Shown here piece by piece: positions 20,268 to 30,445 of a DNA stretch of 64,000 nt. Location of the stretch: the NCBI GenBank assembly GCA_963719495.1, contig CAVRCI010000004.1:32001-96000 (forward strand), written 5' to 3'. The notes under the pieces were generated by a model. That model was given only the letters and a program-made list of their open reading frames with translations. It made no database searches and was not told the DNA's origin. Both the position numbers and the translations under genes were made by a program. This DNA comes from an uncultured Verrucomicrobiae bacterium. GTDB lineage: Bacteria > Verrucomicrobiota > Verrucomicrobiia > Chthoniobacterales > JAATET01. Numbering within the stretch: position 1 is the stretch's first letter; the number at the start of each line of letters is the position of its first letter.

Positions 20268-21746
20268 TCAGTCGGCGGTCCGGGCCCAGGTCCAGGGGGT
20301 GGCTTCCTGGCCTTCGGCGGTGGGCCAACCGGGGCTGGTGAGGACGTAACTCGTCGGGCTGTCCTGCCGGTAGGCGAGCGGCTCGGCGGTCATCGGATCG
20401 ACGGGAACGGACGTGATCCACTCGGGCTCGAGCGCGCCGAGGGTCTCCGGGTATTCACCGTTGGCGAGTCGGTAGCGCTCGAGGGCGCAGGCGACGCGGG
20501 CCTGGACGAGGGTGACCTGGACCTGCGCGAAAATGGAGGCTTCGCTGGCGAGCTTGGCGAGGTGGTCGGTGGCGGTGGAGGGTAATTTGGCGGCGACGTC
20601 CTCGGGAGGCAGCAGCGAGTCGGGAGCGAGTGGGGTGGTGTCGCCGTTGAGGCGGTCGATGAGGTGCTGAAACGCGCGGTTCGCGGCGACCTGGCGGACG
20701 CGGAGAGCGTTCATGTCGAGGCTGGTGACGTCGTCGCCGAGCCAGGCCTGAACTTCGGTGGAGGCCTGGGGCTGGCGGCCGGAGAGGGCGTTGTGGACGA
20801 CGGAGTTGAGCTGAGAGCGTTCGCCGCGGAGAGCCCACGCGAGGTCGGTGAGGGTGCCGTTGTGATCGAGGGCCGAGCCGAAGGCATTGAGTTGATCGTC
20901 GTTCCAGGAGCCGCGCTGGAGTCCGACGCGAATGCAGGCGACGAAGAGGCCGAGGAGTTTGCGCCGGGTTTGTTGGGAGGGGAGGAAGGGCTCGGCGGAA
21001 ACCGAGGCGGCGAGACGCCAGATGAGCAGAGCGTCGACGGCGGCGGCGCCGGTGTCGCCGACGGAGATTTCGGAGATGGCTTTGATGACGAGCCAATCGC
21101 CGAGGGCTTCGAGGTAGGGGAGGTGGGGAAGGTCGGCGGTGAGCTTGGCGTAGTAATTGATCGGAAACTGCGATCCGGCGCGGTCGGCGGTCTCGGTGAG
21201 CGGCGTGAAATCGAGGCCGAGCTGCTGGATGGCGGCGAGGACTCGGTCGCCGGCGAGGAGGTAATCGGTCTTGGGATTGGTGAGGCCGGCGCGGAGCAGG
21301 ATGGTGGCGATGGCGTCGAGGCTGGCGCCGCCGGGAGCTTGGGCGGCGGTCGCGAGGAGGGTGCCGACTTGAATGCCGCGGCCGGGGTAAAGGGCTTTTT
21401 CCAGGAGGCCGGGGGGTTGGTTCGCTGGGAGCTGGATGCCGGGGACGATGGGAGCCCAGGTGGCGCTGACGAAAAAATTCTGCCCGGGCGGCAGGTCGGG
21501 TGGGATGACGTCGTCGAAGTAAACCGGCTCGCCGGCTTCGCGGTAATCGTGGACGAGCGCGCGCCATTCCGTGTGGGTGCCGAGCTGGTAGCCGCCATTG
21601 AGAACGCCGAATACGCCGAGACCGACGGCGCTGAGGACGCCGATGATGATGACGGTCGTGGCGATCGGGCCGGTGCGGCCGCGTCCGCGAGCACGGCGGC
21701 GATTGCGGCGGTAGCGGCGGCGGGCTTTGGAGTTCTCGGGAATCAA
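20268..21746 (-). CDS. Membrane-anchored hypothetical protein with a GspG-like C-terminal module
   Basis: Arg-rich N-terminus plus a TM helix; C-terminal ACALERYRLANGEYPETL..L.P....VPVDPM...L.Y. Confidence 0.7.
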   Translation of the reverse strand: MIPENSKARRRYRRNRRRARGRGRTGPIATTVIIIGVLSAVGLGVFGVLNGGYQLGTHTEWRALVHDYREAGEPVYFDDVIPPDLPPGQNFFVSATWAPIVPGIQLPANQPPGLLEKALYPGRGIQVGTLLATAAQAPGGASLDAIATILLRAGLTNPKTDYLLAGDRVLAAIQQLGLDFTPLTETADRAGSQFPINYYAKLTADLPHLPYLEALGDWLVIKAISEISVGDTGAAAVDALLIWRLAASVSAEPFLPSQQTRRKLLGLFVACIRVGLQRGSWNDDQLNAFGSALDHNGTLTDLAWALRGERSQLNSVVHNALSGRQPQASTEVQAWLGDDVTSLDMNALRVRQVAANRAFQHLIDRLNGDTTPLAPDSLLPPEDVAAKLPSTATDHLAKLASEASIFAQVQVTLVQARVACALERYRLANGEYPETLGALEPEWITSVPVDPMTAEPLAYRQDSPTSYVLTSPGWPTAEGQEATPWTWARTAD

Positions 21747-21810
21747 GAGAACGGGAGAATTTCGCGTTTTCGGTTCCGGTGCAACTTTGAACTCGGTCGC
21801 GCGGTGGCGA

Positions 21811-22806
21811 TCATTCGGCGAGGGCGGCGAGGAGGCGTTCGGTGGTGATGTCGGACGTGTTTTTGCCCATTTGAATGACGCGGGACCGGGGGTTGCGGGG
21901 ACGCCAATGGAAGGGGTTCGTGGGGCCGAAGAGGGCGACGACCGGGGTGCCGAGGGCGTCGGCGAGGTGGACGGGGGCGCTGTCGACGGCGATCACGAGG
22001 GCGGCGCGTTGGATGAGGGCGGCGGTGCCGAGGAGGGTGAGCTGGCCGGCTAGGTTGGTGATTGGGGAATGGTTGATGGTGAATGGTGGGGTGAGGATGC
22101 GGGTGAGGTGGTCTTGTTCGGTGGGGTCGTTACTGCCGGTGAGGAGGAGTGATTGGTGGCTGGTGATGGGGGATTGGTGGAGTTGCTTGATGAGCTGCGC
22201 CCATCTTTCCGGGAGCCAGTATTTTTCGGGGCGGGCGGTGCCGGGGTGGAGGATCGTGAACGGGGGTTTGATGCCGTGAGTTGCCAGGGCTTGGTCGGCT
22301 TCGGCTTGGGCGGATGCGGGGAGGTCGAGGTGGCTGGGGACGTTCTCGGCGGTGATGCCGAGGGCTTGGAGGAGGTCGGTGTGGTGGTCGGCGGTGTGGC
22401 GGTCGCGGACGGAGGAGTCGACGAAATCGGTGTAGAGCGTGCGGCGGAGGGGCCTTTTGGCGAAGCGCTGGTAGGTGACGCGGCGACGGGCTCGGCTGAG
22501 CGCAGTGAGGAGCGCGGAGCGGTCGTTGCCGGTGAAGTCGAGAGTGACGTCGAAATGGCGGGCGGCGATTTTTCCGTAGAAGCTGAGGTCGCCGGGTCGG
22601 CGGACGAGAATTTCGTCGGCGGGCAGGGCTTCGGCTAGGCCGGCGGCGTTGGCGTCGATGGCGAGGGTGAGATGGACGTCGGGAAACGCGTCGCGCAGAG
22701 CGCGGAGGACGGGAGTGGTCAGGATGACGTCGCCAATGCGCTTGAGCTGGATGAGCAGGATGCGCCGGGGGGGCGAGAAGCGAGGGTCGAGGGTCGAGGG
22801 TGGCAT
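21811..22806 (-). CDS. Glycosyltransferase family 9 (LPS heptosyltransferase-like)
   Basis: KRIGDVILTTP, HPG...KYW, DSAPVHLA.ALGTPVVALFGPT. Confidence 0.92.
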   Translation of the reverse strand: MPPSTLDPRFSPPRRILLIQLKRIGDVILTTPVLRALRDAFPDVHLTLAIDANAAGLAEALPADEILVRRPGDLSFYGKIAARHFDVTLDFTGNDRSALLTALSRARRRVTYQRFAKRPLRRTLYTDFVDSSVRDRHTADHHTDLLQALGITAENVPSHLDLPASAQAEADQALATHGIKPPFTILHPGTARPEKYWLPERWAQLIKQLHQSPITSHQSLLLTGSNDPTEQDHLTRILTPPFTINHSPITNLAGQLTLLGTAALIQRAALVIAVDSAPVHLADALGTPVVALFGPTNPFHWRPRNPRSRVIQMGKNTSDITTERLLAALAE

Positions 22807-22856
22807 CCGGGTGGAGCTCAGTATTTCACTCAGCTTTCAACTTGAAACTCTCAACT

Positions 22857-24032
22857 TCAAACTCCGAGCGTCAGCGCTCGGTCATAGGCGGCGAGGACGC
22901 GTTGGCGGTAGTGGTCCCAGGTGAAATTCTCGAGGATACGCTGGCGGGCGGCCTTGCCGTAGGCGGCGGCTCGGGCGGGGTCGGCGTGGAGGGTGCGGAT
23001 CGCGGCGGCGAGGGCGGTGGGGTCGTTGGGCGGGACGAGGAGGCCGGTTTTATCGTGGAGGACGACGTCGCCGGATTCGCGGGTGGTGATCTGCGGGAGG
23101 CCGCAGGCGGCGGCTTCGTAGGTGACCTTGGCGCTGCCTTCGCACTCGGACGGGAAGACGTGGACGGTGGCGCGGCGGAGTTCGGCGGCGACGTCGTCGG
23201 TGTGGCCGCGGAGGATGACGTTCGGCGGGAGATCGCGGAGGGCGTCGGCGACGTCGGCGGTGGGATTGCCGACGAGGACGAGTTCGGCGGTGTCGGCTGG
23301 GAGGGCGAGGGTTTTCCAGGCTTCGAGGAGGACGGGGACGCCCTTACGGCGGCTGAGCGAGCCGACGAAGACGGCGCGGAATTTTTCCCGTGGAGACGGG
23401 GCGGGGGAGAACGCGGTGGGATCGACGCCGCGGGAGGTGAGGAAGAGTTTTTCTTCCGGGAGGCCGGCGATGAGGAAGGTCTCTTTCGCCTTTTCGGAGA
23501 GGACGAGGATGACGGTGGCAAGGGCGTATTCGGCCATCACCTGTTGGCGGGTGACGAGGAGCTTGTTGAGGAGGCTCTTGGGGAATCGGGCCGCGTCGCG
23601 GAGGATTTCGCTGTGGGTGATGTCCTTCTTCACCTTGCCCTTGTTGCGGTGCCAGGTCGGGATCTCGAGAACGCTGGGGATGCCAAGGCGGTGGGCGGTT
23701 TGCAGCGAGCGTAGGCAGTCGCCGGACCAGGTGTGGAGGAGGTCGTAGCGACCGGTTGCCAGGGCGCGGTCGGCGGCGCGGTCGAGGGCGTGTTTTTTGG
23801 CTCCGACGTAGAAGTCGCGCGGGAGGGGAGAGAGGAGCTTGGCGGGGTGGTATTTTAGAGTTTGGAGTTTGGATTTTGGAATGGTGGCGTCTGCCGCGCC
23901 GAAGGCGATGGCGCGGCTCAGAAAATCGCGGTCGGTGGCGGCGCGGAGGGTCTCGGCGGCGACGAGGTCGAGGCCGGTGCCGCCGATGCCGGCGGCGGTG
24001 GAGTAGAGGAGCGAGCGGGGTTCGAGCGGCAC
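22857..24032 (-). CDS. Glycosyltransferase family 4
   Basis: FVGSLSRRKG, FPSECEGSAKVTYEAAACGLP. Confidence 0.9.
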   Translation of the reverse strand: MPLEPRSLLYSTAAGIGGTGLDLVAAETLRAATDRDFLSRAIAFGAADATIPKSKLQTLKYHPAKLLSPLPRDFYVGAKKHALDRAADRALATGRYDLLHTWSGDCLRSLQTAHRLGIPSVLEIPTWHRNKGKVKKDITHSEILRDAARFPKSLLNKLLVTRQQVMAEYALATVILVLSEKAKETFLIAGLPEEKLFLTSRGVDPTAFSPAPSPREKFRAVFVGSLSRRKGVPVLLEAWKTLALPADTAELVLVGNPTADVADALRDLPPNVILRGHTDDVAAELRRATVHVFPSECEGSAKVTYEAAACGLPQITTRESGDVVLHDKTGLLVPPNDPTALAAAIRTLHADPARAAAYGKAARQRILENFTWDHYRQRVLAAYDRALTLGV

Positions 24033-24114
24033 GGTCGGGGGGAGTTTACGGCTTCACGTTGGGGTGGCGATTCCGAAGATTGTCGTGGGTGGAAGATCGG
24101 GTTAGTTTGCGGAT

Positions 24115-24735
24115 ATGAACGAGCTCCTGGAACCGATCATTCAATCGCCGAAGTTTCCGGAGTTGGCGCGGACGCTGAACGAAGCTTGGGAGGCGGAGCA
24201 GCGGCGGCGGGTCGAATTCTTGGAATGGATCACGCCCTCGATGAAGGCGGAATTTATCCTCGGTGAGGTGGTGCTGCATTCGCCGGCGCGGGCCAGGCAC
24301 TTGGAGGCGACAGCCAACCTATTCCTGAATTTACGTGGGTTCTGCGAGCGGCGCGAACTGGGAAAAGTCTTCTCCGAGAAGTGTATGGTTTCGCTCACGC
24401 GGAACGATTACGAACCGGATATTGTGTTTTTCGGTCCGGAGAAGGCGGCGGAAATCGATCCGGATCAGATGCGGTTCCCGGCGCCGGATTTGATCGTCGA
24501 GATTCTGAGCGAAAGCACGGAGTCGAGGGATCGTGGAATCAAATTTCGCGATTACGCGGCGCACGGGGTTCGTGAGTATTGGATCGTCGACACCCTCGCG
24601 CTCTCCATCGAGCAATACGTCCTGGAAGCGGGATCGGACAGCTACGCGCTCCGCGAGAAGATGGGTCATGGCTCGATTCGATCGGTCGTGGTTGAAGGAT
24701 TCGAGATTGAGCTGGCGGCGATCTTCGCGACTTAG
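24115..24735 (+). CDS. Uma2-family (DUF820) PD-(D/E)xK endonuclease
   Basis: EPDIVF, APDLIVEILSEST..RDRGIKF.DYAAHGVREYWIVD. Confidence 0.92.
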   Translation: MNELLEPIIQSPKFPELARTLNEAWEAEQRRRVEFLEWITPSMKAEFILGEVVLHSPARARHLEATANLFLNLRGFCERRELGKVFSEKCMVSLTRNDYEPDIVFFGPEKAAEIDPDQMRFPAPDLIVEILSESTESRDRGIKFRDYAAHGVREYWIVDTLALSIEQYVLEAGSDSYALREKMGHGSIRSVVVEGFEIELAAIFAT

Positions 24736-24759
24736 CGAAAGCTCGGCGACGTTCTGGCG

Positions 24760-25830
24760 ATGCGAGTGGGTTTGGTGCGGCGGGGGTATTCCGCGACGGG
24801 TGGGGCGGAGAGTTATTTGATTCGGTTGGCGGTGGGTTTGGCCGCGGCGGGACACGTGCCGGTGTTGATCGGGTCGGAGGATTGGCCGGCGGATCGGTGG
24901 CCGAATACTGAGATTGTGCGGGTGGGCGGTCGGTCACCGATGGCGTTTGCTCGGGGGGTGCAGCGGGCCGATGCGGGGTGTGAGGTGGTGCTGAGTTTGG
25001 AGCGGATTTTGGGGTGCGATGTTTACCGGGCGGGGGACGGGGTGCACCGGGCTTGGTTGGAGCGGCGCGCGGAATTCGAATCGGGGTGGCGGCGGCTGGG
25101 GCGGGTTTTTAACGGGAAACACCGCGCCTTGGCGGCGCTCGAGGCCCGGGTGCTGGATCCGGGGCGGACGCGGGTGGTGATCGCGAACTCGGAGATGGTG
25201 CGAAGCGAGATCAGGCGGACTTATTCGTTTCCCGAGGATCGGATCGTGGTCGTTCGGAATGGAATCGATCCGGTGGCGGTGTCGGCTGGGGCGCGGGCTC
25301 GGTTGCGAGCGGAGTGGGGGGTGGGTGACGGGGAATTGGTGGTGTTGTTCGTAGGGAGTGGCTGGGAGCGGAAGGGGCTGCGGTGTGCGGTGGAGGCTGC
25401 GCGGCAGTTGGCGGGTGCGACTTTGGTGGTTGCGGGGAAGGGGGACTCGCGGGGCTTGGAGGGGCCGCGGGTGCGGTTTCTCGGGCCGGTGGCGGATGTG
25501 GCGAGCTTGCACGCGGCGGCGGACGTTTTTGTGCTGCCGACAATTTATGACCCGGCTTCGAACGCCTGTCTGGAGGCGCTGGCGGGTGGTTTGCCGGTGG
25601 TGACGACGAACGCGAACGGGGCTGCGGAGATCATGACCGAGAACGTGCACGGATCGACCGTGCGGGTGGGGGACGTGGACGGGATTTATCGCGCGCTCTT
25701 CTACTGGTCGGACGCTGGGCGGCGGGCGGCGGCGCGGGTGGATTGCCGGGCCTTGGCGGCGGAGTGGCCGGTGGCGCGGAACGTGGCGGAGACCTTGCGG
25801 GTGCTGGTGGGGGTGGCTGGGGGGGAGTGA
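24760..25830 (+). CDS. Glycosyltransferase family 4 (WaaG/RfaG-like)
   Basis: GGAE, DVYRAGDGVH, FVGSGWERKG, LPTIYDPASNACLEALA.GLPV. Confidence 0.9.
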   Translation: MRVGLVRRGYSATGGAESYLIRLAVGLAAAGHVPVLIGSEDWPADRWPNTEIVRVGGRSPMAFARGVQRADAGCEVVLSLERILGCDVYRAGDGVHRAWLERRAEFESGWRRLGRVFNGKHRALAALEARVLDPGRTRVVIANSEMVRSEIRRTYSFPEDRIVVVRNGIDPVAVSAGARARLRAEWGVGDGELVVLFVGSGWERKGLRCAVEAARQLAGATLVVAGKGDSRGLEGPRVRFLGPVADVASLHAAADVFVLPTIYDPASNACLEALAGGLPVVTTNANGAAEIMTENVHGSTVRVGDVDGIYRALFYWSDAGRRAAARVDCRALAAEWPVARNVAETLRVLVGVAGGE

Positions 25831-25852
25831 TCCGCTTCGCGGATTTGGGTTG

Positions 25853-25968
25853 GGTCGGCGAGTGGGAAGTCGGCGCTCCTTGAGCGGGTTCGGCTCCCCG
25901 GCTGCGCCGATGTTGCCGGGCGCCGCGGCGGGACGCCGCAGCTCGCACGCGGGACGCGTGCGCTCCCC
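25853..25968. repeat. Composite REP cluster between convergent genes
   Basis: Degenerate GGCG..CGCTCCTTG unit plus gcggc-gggac-gccgc and gcacgc-gggac-gcgtgc-gctcccc; same layout at 39654-39760 and 46381-46494. Confidence 0.75.
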
Positions 25969-27509
25969 TAGTGAGTGCTGGCTTTTTCGGAGCCCAGGCC
26001 GGTGTTGGCCCTTACTTGGAACTCGGCGAATTGGGCCTCGGCGCTTGGCTCGCGGGTGACGAGGGTGCCGATGATGGCGGCGATGAAGCCGAGTGGGATG
26101 CTGACCAGGGCGGGATTTTTTAGCGGGTAGAGCGCGTTTTCTCCGAGGAAGTAGGGGCTCACGAGGATGAGAGCGATGGAGCTGATGAGGCCAACCGAGA
26201 GGCCGGCGACGGCGCCGGGAGTGTTGAACCGTTTCCAGAAGATGGAGAAGACGATGACCGGGAGATTCGCGCTGGCGGCGACGGCGAAGGCGAGGCCGAC
26301 GAGGAAGGCGACGTTGACCCGGGGGCCGAGCAGGATGGCGATGATGATGGCGAGCGCTCCGACGACGAAAGCGGTGATGCGGGCAACTCGGACTTCCTCG
26401 CCCGGACGATGCTCCTTACCCTGGTGCAGGACGTTGGTGTAGAAATCGTGGGCGAAGCTGGTGGACGCGCTGATCGTGAGACCGGCGACGACGGCGAGGA
26501 TGGTGGCGAAGGCGACGGCGCAGATGAACGCGAAGAACATTTCGCCGCCAAGCGCTTTGGCGAGCAGCGGGGCGGCCATGTTGTTGCCGCCGTTGTCGCG
26601 GATGAAATCGGGTCCTAGTAGACTGGCTGCTCCGAAGCCGAAGAATGTCGTCATGATGTAGAAGAGACCGATGATCACCATGGCCCAGACGACGGAGGAG
26701 CGGGCGGTTTTTGCGTCGGGGACGGTGTAGAATCGGATGAGGATGTGCGGCAGGCCGGCGGTGCCGAGAACGAGCGCCATGCCGAGCGAGATTTGATCCC
26801 ACGGGTTCGTGAAGAGCAGGTTGGGGGTCAGGAAATTCCGGGTCTGCGTGGTTCCGTCGGCGGCGGTCGAGCTGATCGCCGTGAGCGAGGCGAAGAATTC
26901 GCCGAGGCTGAAGTGGAATTTCTGCATCACCAGAAAGCTGAGAAACGCGCTGCCGGTGAGCAGCAGGACGGCTTTGATGATTTGCACCCAGGTCGTGGCC
27001 AGCATTCCGCCGAAGACGACGTAGACGACCATGAGGATGCCGACGCCGACGACGGTCACTTCGTAGCTGACGCCCGGGATGAGGAGGGTGACGAGCGCGC
27101 CGGCGCCGACCATCTGGGCGATCATGTAGAAAATGGAAACCGTGAGCGTGCTCAGCGACGCGAGCGCGCGAACCGGGCGGGGCCGGAGGCGGTAGGCCAG
27201 GATGTCGGCCATGGTGTATTTGCCGGCGTTGCGGAGCGGCTCGGCGACGATGAGCAGGACGGTGAGGTAGGCGACGAGGAACCCGACGGAATACATGAAG
27301 CCGTCGTAGCCATCGAAGGCGATCATTCCCGCGATGCCGAGGAAACTGGCGGCGCTCATGTAATCACCGGCGACGGCGAGGCCATTCTGCCAACCGGTGA
27401 TCCGGCGTCCGGCGGCGAAGTAGGCGCTGGAGCCGGTCGACTTCCGGGCGCTGAAATACGTGATGACGAGAGTGGCCGCCACGAAGGCGAGGAACATCCA
27501 GAGAGACAT
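25968..27509 (-). CDS. actP: Cation/acetate symporter ActP (sodium:solute symporter family)
   Basis: NGLAVAGDYMSAASFLG, GGMLATTWVQIIKA, GTAGLPHIL.RFYTV, AVAFATILAVVAGL. Confidence 0.92.
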   Translation of the reverse strand: MSLWMFLAFVAATLVITYFSARKSTGSSAYFAAGRRITGWQNGLAVAGDYMSAASFLGIAGMIAFDGYDGFMYSVGFLVAYLTVLLIVAEPLRNAGKYTMADILAYRLRPRPVRALASLSTLTVSIFYMIAQMVGAGALVTLLIPGVSYEVTVVGVGILMVVYVVFGGMLATTWVQIIKAVLLLTGSAFLSFLVMQKFHFSLGEFFASLTAISSTAADGTTQTRNFLTPNLLFTNPWDQISLGMALVLGTAGLPHILIRFYTVPDAKTARSSVVWAMVIIGLFYIMTTFFGFGAASLLGPDFIRDNGGNNMAAPLLAKALGGEMFFAFICAVAFATILAVVAGLTISASTSFAHDFYTNVLHQGKEHRPGEEVRVARITAFVVGALAIIIAILLGPRVNVAFLVGLAFAVAASANLPVIVFSIFWKRFNTPGAVAGLSVGLISSIALILVSPYFLGENALYPLKNPALVSIPLGFIAAIIGTLVTREPSAEAQFAEFQVRANTGLGSEKASTH

Positions 27510-27566
27510 GGGGGGAGGGGGGGAGTGGCGTGATTGGTGACTGGTGAATGGTGATTGGTGGGATGC

Positions 27567-27902
27567 TTAGCGCTGGCCGAATTTTGCGAGGATTTGGGCG
27601 GCTTTGGCGTCCCAGCCTTTGGCGGCGGCTACGTAGATGAAGGCCAGGATCCAGGCCATCACGAATTGCGAGAGGGCGAAGAGGTAGGCGGCGTTGACGT
27701 CGCCCCAGACGGGGCGGCTCATCATTTCGGGGAACCAGCCGACGAGGATCGGGAGGGTGAAGTAGTAGACGATGAAAAAGATCGTGGCGGGGACGATGAA
27801 GGCGGCTTTCCGCTTGAGGAGGGCGCGGAAGTCGGGGTCGGCTTCGATGGCGGTCCAGTCCGGTTGCGGCGCGGCGGTCGGGGTGTCTTGGGGGGACGAC
27901 AT
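27567..27902 (-). CDS. DUF485 (YjcH-like) small membrane partner of ActP
   Basis: Two TM helices, FRAL..RK, directly upstream of actP; start set at MSSPQD (27902). Confidence 0.85.
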   Translation of the reverse strand: MSSPQDTPTAAPQPDWTAIEADPDFRALLKRKAAFIVPATIFFIVYYFTLPILVGWFPEMMSRPVWGDVNAAYLFALSQFVMAWILAFIYVAAAKGWDAKAAQILAKFGQR

Positions 27903-27960
27903 TCGCGGACGGTAGGGGGCGGGGTGGGGGGTGTCGAGATTTGTGGTTTGGGAAGTGTCG

Positions 27961-28029
27961 GCTTTGCCGAGGTAGGGACGGCTTTCGACCTGGAAGGTCG
28001 AAAGTGCGACCTGGAAGGTCGCGGTCCCC
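27961..28029. repeat. REP-like double hairpin
   Basis: ctttcgacc-tggaa-ggtcgaaag and gcgacc-tggaa-ggtcgc-ggtcccc. Confidence 0.7.
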
Positions 28030-28107
28030 ATGCGGTTCCCATGCGGCTTGCGCCGTTTGGGTTCCCGCTTTACCGTCCTCCTCTCAAACCAACACTACTC
28101 ATTTATT

Positions 28108-28728
28108 ATGGCTTACGAAGTTCCTGAACTCACCTACCCAACCAACGCGCTCGAACCCCACATCGACGCGAAAACGATGGAAATCCATCACGACAAACAC
28201 CACGCGGCTTACGTCTCGAAACTCAACGGCGCGCTCGAGGGCACGGACCTCGCGGACAAGTGCGTGAATGACGTGATCGCGGACCTTTCGGCGGTCCCGG
28301 AGGCCAAGCGCACGGCGGTTCGCAACAACGGAGGTGGGCACAGCAACCACACGTTCTTCTGGACCATTCTTGGGCCGAACGCGGGTGGCGAGCCGACCGG
28401 GAAACTGGGTGAGGCAATCGCGGCCAAGTTCGGCAGCTTTTCGGACTTCAAGGAGAAGTTCGAGGCGGCGGGCGCGGGTCAGTTCGGCAGTGGCTGGGCT
28501 TGGTTGATCGTCAAGGACGGCGAGCTCGAGGTGACTTCGACCGCGAATCAGGACAGTCCGCTGATGAAGGGTGTCGTCGACAAGGTCGGGACTCCGGTGA
28601 TCGGGGTGGACGTGTGGGAACACGCCTACTACCTGAATTATCAGAACCGGCGGCCGGATTACTTGAAGGCGTTCTGGAACGTCGTGGATTGGTCGAAGGC
28701 TGAGGCGAATTTCGCCGCGGCTGCGTAG
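28108..28728 (+). CDS. sodA: Superoxide dismutase, Mn-type signature
   Basis: [36 protein letters not shown]; start MAYEVP (28108). Confidence 0.95.
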   Translation: MAYEVPELTYPTNALEPHIDAKTMEIHHDKHHAAYVSKLNGALEGTDLADKCVNDVIADLSAVPEAKRTAVRNNGGGHSNHTFFWTILGPNAGGEPTGKLGEAIAAKFGSFSDFKEKFEAAGAGQFGSGWAWLIVKDGELEVTSTANQDSPLMKGVVDKVGTPVIGVDVWEHAYYLNYQNRRPDYLKAFWNVVDWSKAEANFAAAA

Positions 28729-28782
28729 GTTGCGGCGCTGAGCTGGCAGCCTTCGCGGCTGCGGGCTCGGCCCTCCCCCAAT

Positions 28783-28922
28783 CTGTCATGTTGAGCGGAG
28801 CGAAACATCTCTGGCTTCTCAGGCGTGCGGCGTCGGATGCGGTGTAAGTCAGAGATTGCCGTTTTTGCTCAGAGTAAGACGTGAACGGCTGTCGCTGGCT
28901 CTTCGCTTCGCTCAGGATGACA
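28783..28922. repeat. TGTCAT..TGAGCG.AGCGAA repeat pair (inverted)
   Basis: ctgtcatgttgagcggagcgaaacatctctggcttctca at 28783, inverted partner ttcgcttcgctcaggatgaca near 28902-28922, and a near-exact reverse-complement copy at 56168-56206. Confidence 0.75.
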
Positions 28923-29072
28923 GGGGGGAGGAAGGCGAGGCGAGGCCTCGATTTTCAAATCCGCGCTCCGAATTTTTCGGGGTGCGGATTTCTTTTTTTG
29001 CGATTTTCAATCGTTGGGTTGGTTCGGCGATTGCAAATCGCCGCTCCTTGACGGCACGCTCATCCGCTCTTT

Positions 29073-30314
29073 ATGGCTGAACTGAATTCTCACTATCTGA
29101 AACTGAAGGCGGGGTATCTTTTCCCGGAGATCTCGCGACGGGTGAAAGCTTTCTCGGACGCGAATCCGGACGTGCCGGGTCGGTTGATCCGTTGCGGGAT
29201 CGGGGACGTGACGGAGCCGATTCCCCTGGCGGCTCGGGAGGCGATGCACGCGGCGGTGGACGATCTGGGGCAGTCGGAGACGTTTCATGGTTACGGGCCG
29301 GAGCAGGGGTATGAATTTTTGCGGTCGGCGATCGCGGAGAACGATTATCGGTCGCGGGGAATCGAGGTCGCGGATGACGAGGTGTTCGTTTCGGATGGGT
29401 CGAAGTGCGATTGCGGGAACATTCTCGATGTCTTCGGCGGCGGGAACCGGATCGCGGTGATGGATCCGGTGTATCCGGTTTACGTCGATACGAACGTGAT
29501 GGCGGGGCACACGGGCGAGGCGGACGCGGATGGACGGTTCGAGGGATTGGTTTATTTGCCCTGCACGGCGGAGAATGATTTTGTTCCGGCGATTCCGGAG
29601 GAGCGGGTCGATCTGATTTACCTTTGCTATCCGAACAATCCGACGGGGACGGCGGTGACCCGGGATCAGCTGGCGAAGTGGGTGGAATACGCGCTGGCGA
29701 ACGACGCGATCATTTTGTTCGACGCGGCTTACGAGGCCTACATCACGGAAGAGGACGTGCCTCGGTCGATCTACGAGATCGAGGGGGCGCGGAAGTGCGC
29801 GATCGAGTTCCGGAGTTTTTCGAAGAACGGTGGGTTCACGGGGGTGCGGTGTGCGTTCACCGTTGTGCCGAAGGAGCTGGAGTGCTCGACCGATACGGGC
29901 GAGCGGCGGTCGCTGCATCCACTGTGGAATCGGCGGTTCAGCACGAAGTTCAATGGGGTGAGTTATGTGACGCAGCGGGGAGCGGCGGCGCTTTACTCCG
30001 AGGACGGGAAGGCGCAGGTCGCGGCTTTGGTCGATCACTACATGGGGAACGCGGCGATCCTGAAGGATGCGATGGAGGCTTGCGGGTTGCGGGTTTTCGG
30101 CGGGACGAACGCGCCTTACATCTGGGTGACGGGTCCGGCGGGGCGGACGAGCTGGGAGATGTTCGACAAGATTCTCGGCGAGGCGAACGTGGTGGTGACT
30201 CCGGGCAGCGGCTTCGGGCTGGCGGGCGAGGGGTATTTCCGGATCTCGGCGTTCAACAGCCGGGCGAACGTCGAGGAAGTCGCTCGGCGGCTGCGGGCGT
30301 TGGATTGGGGATGA
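29073..30314 (+). CDS. dapL: LL-diaminopimelate aminotransferase
   Basis: [51 protein letters not shown]. Confidence 0.97.
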   Translation: MAELNSHYLKLKAGYLFPEISRRVKAFSDANPDVPGRLIRCGIGDVTEPIPLAAREAMHAAVDDLGQSETFHGYGPEQGYEFLRSAIAENDYRSRGIEVADDEVFVSDGSKCDCGNILDVFGGGNRIAVMDPVYPVYVDTNVMAGHTGEADADGRFEGLVYLPCTAENDFVPAIPEERVDLIYLCYPNNPTGTAVTRDQLAKWVEYALANDAIILFDAAYEAYITEEDVPRSIYEIEGARKCAIEFRSFSKNGGFTGVRCAFTVVPKELECSTDTGERRSLHPLWNRRFSTKFNGVSYVTQRGAAALYSEDGKAQVAALVDHYMGNAAILKDAMEACGLRVFGGTNAPYIWVTGPAGRTSWEMFDKILGEANVVVTPGSGFGLAGEGYFRISAFNSRANVEEVARRLRALDWG

Positions 30315-30319
30315 TTTTT

Positions 30320-30445
30320 CTCACGCGAAGCCGCGAAGCCGCGAAGGAATACCAATACAGATTCTCACGCAGAGACGCAGAGGCGCAGAGAAATGACGCG
30401 ATACCGCGTCTGAATTTTTCGCGGCTTCGCGGCTTCGCGTGAGAA
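30320..30445. repeat. Inverted repeat of (CGCGAAGC)n units
   Basis: tctcacgcgaagccgcgaagccgcgaa ... ttcgcggcttcgcggcttcgcgtgaga, with an internal cgcagagacgcagaggcgcagag. Confidence 0.75.

Noticed and set aside
24115..24735. Uma2 endonuclease as a defence system
   Set aside because: Single gene of a commonly expanded family, with no partner genes or flanking repeats seen
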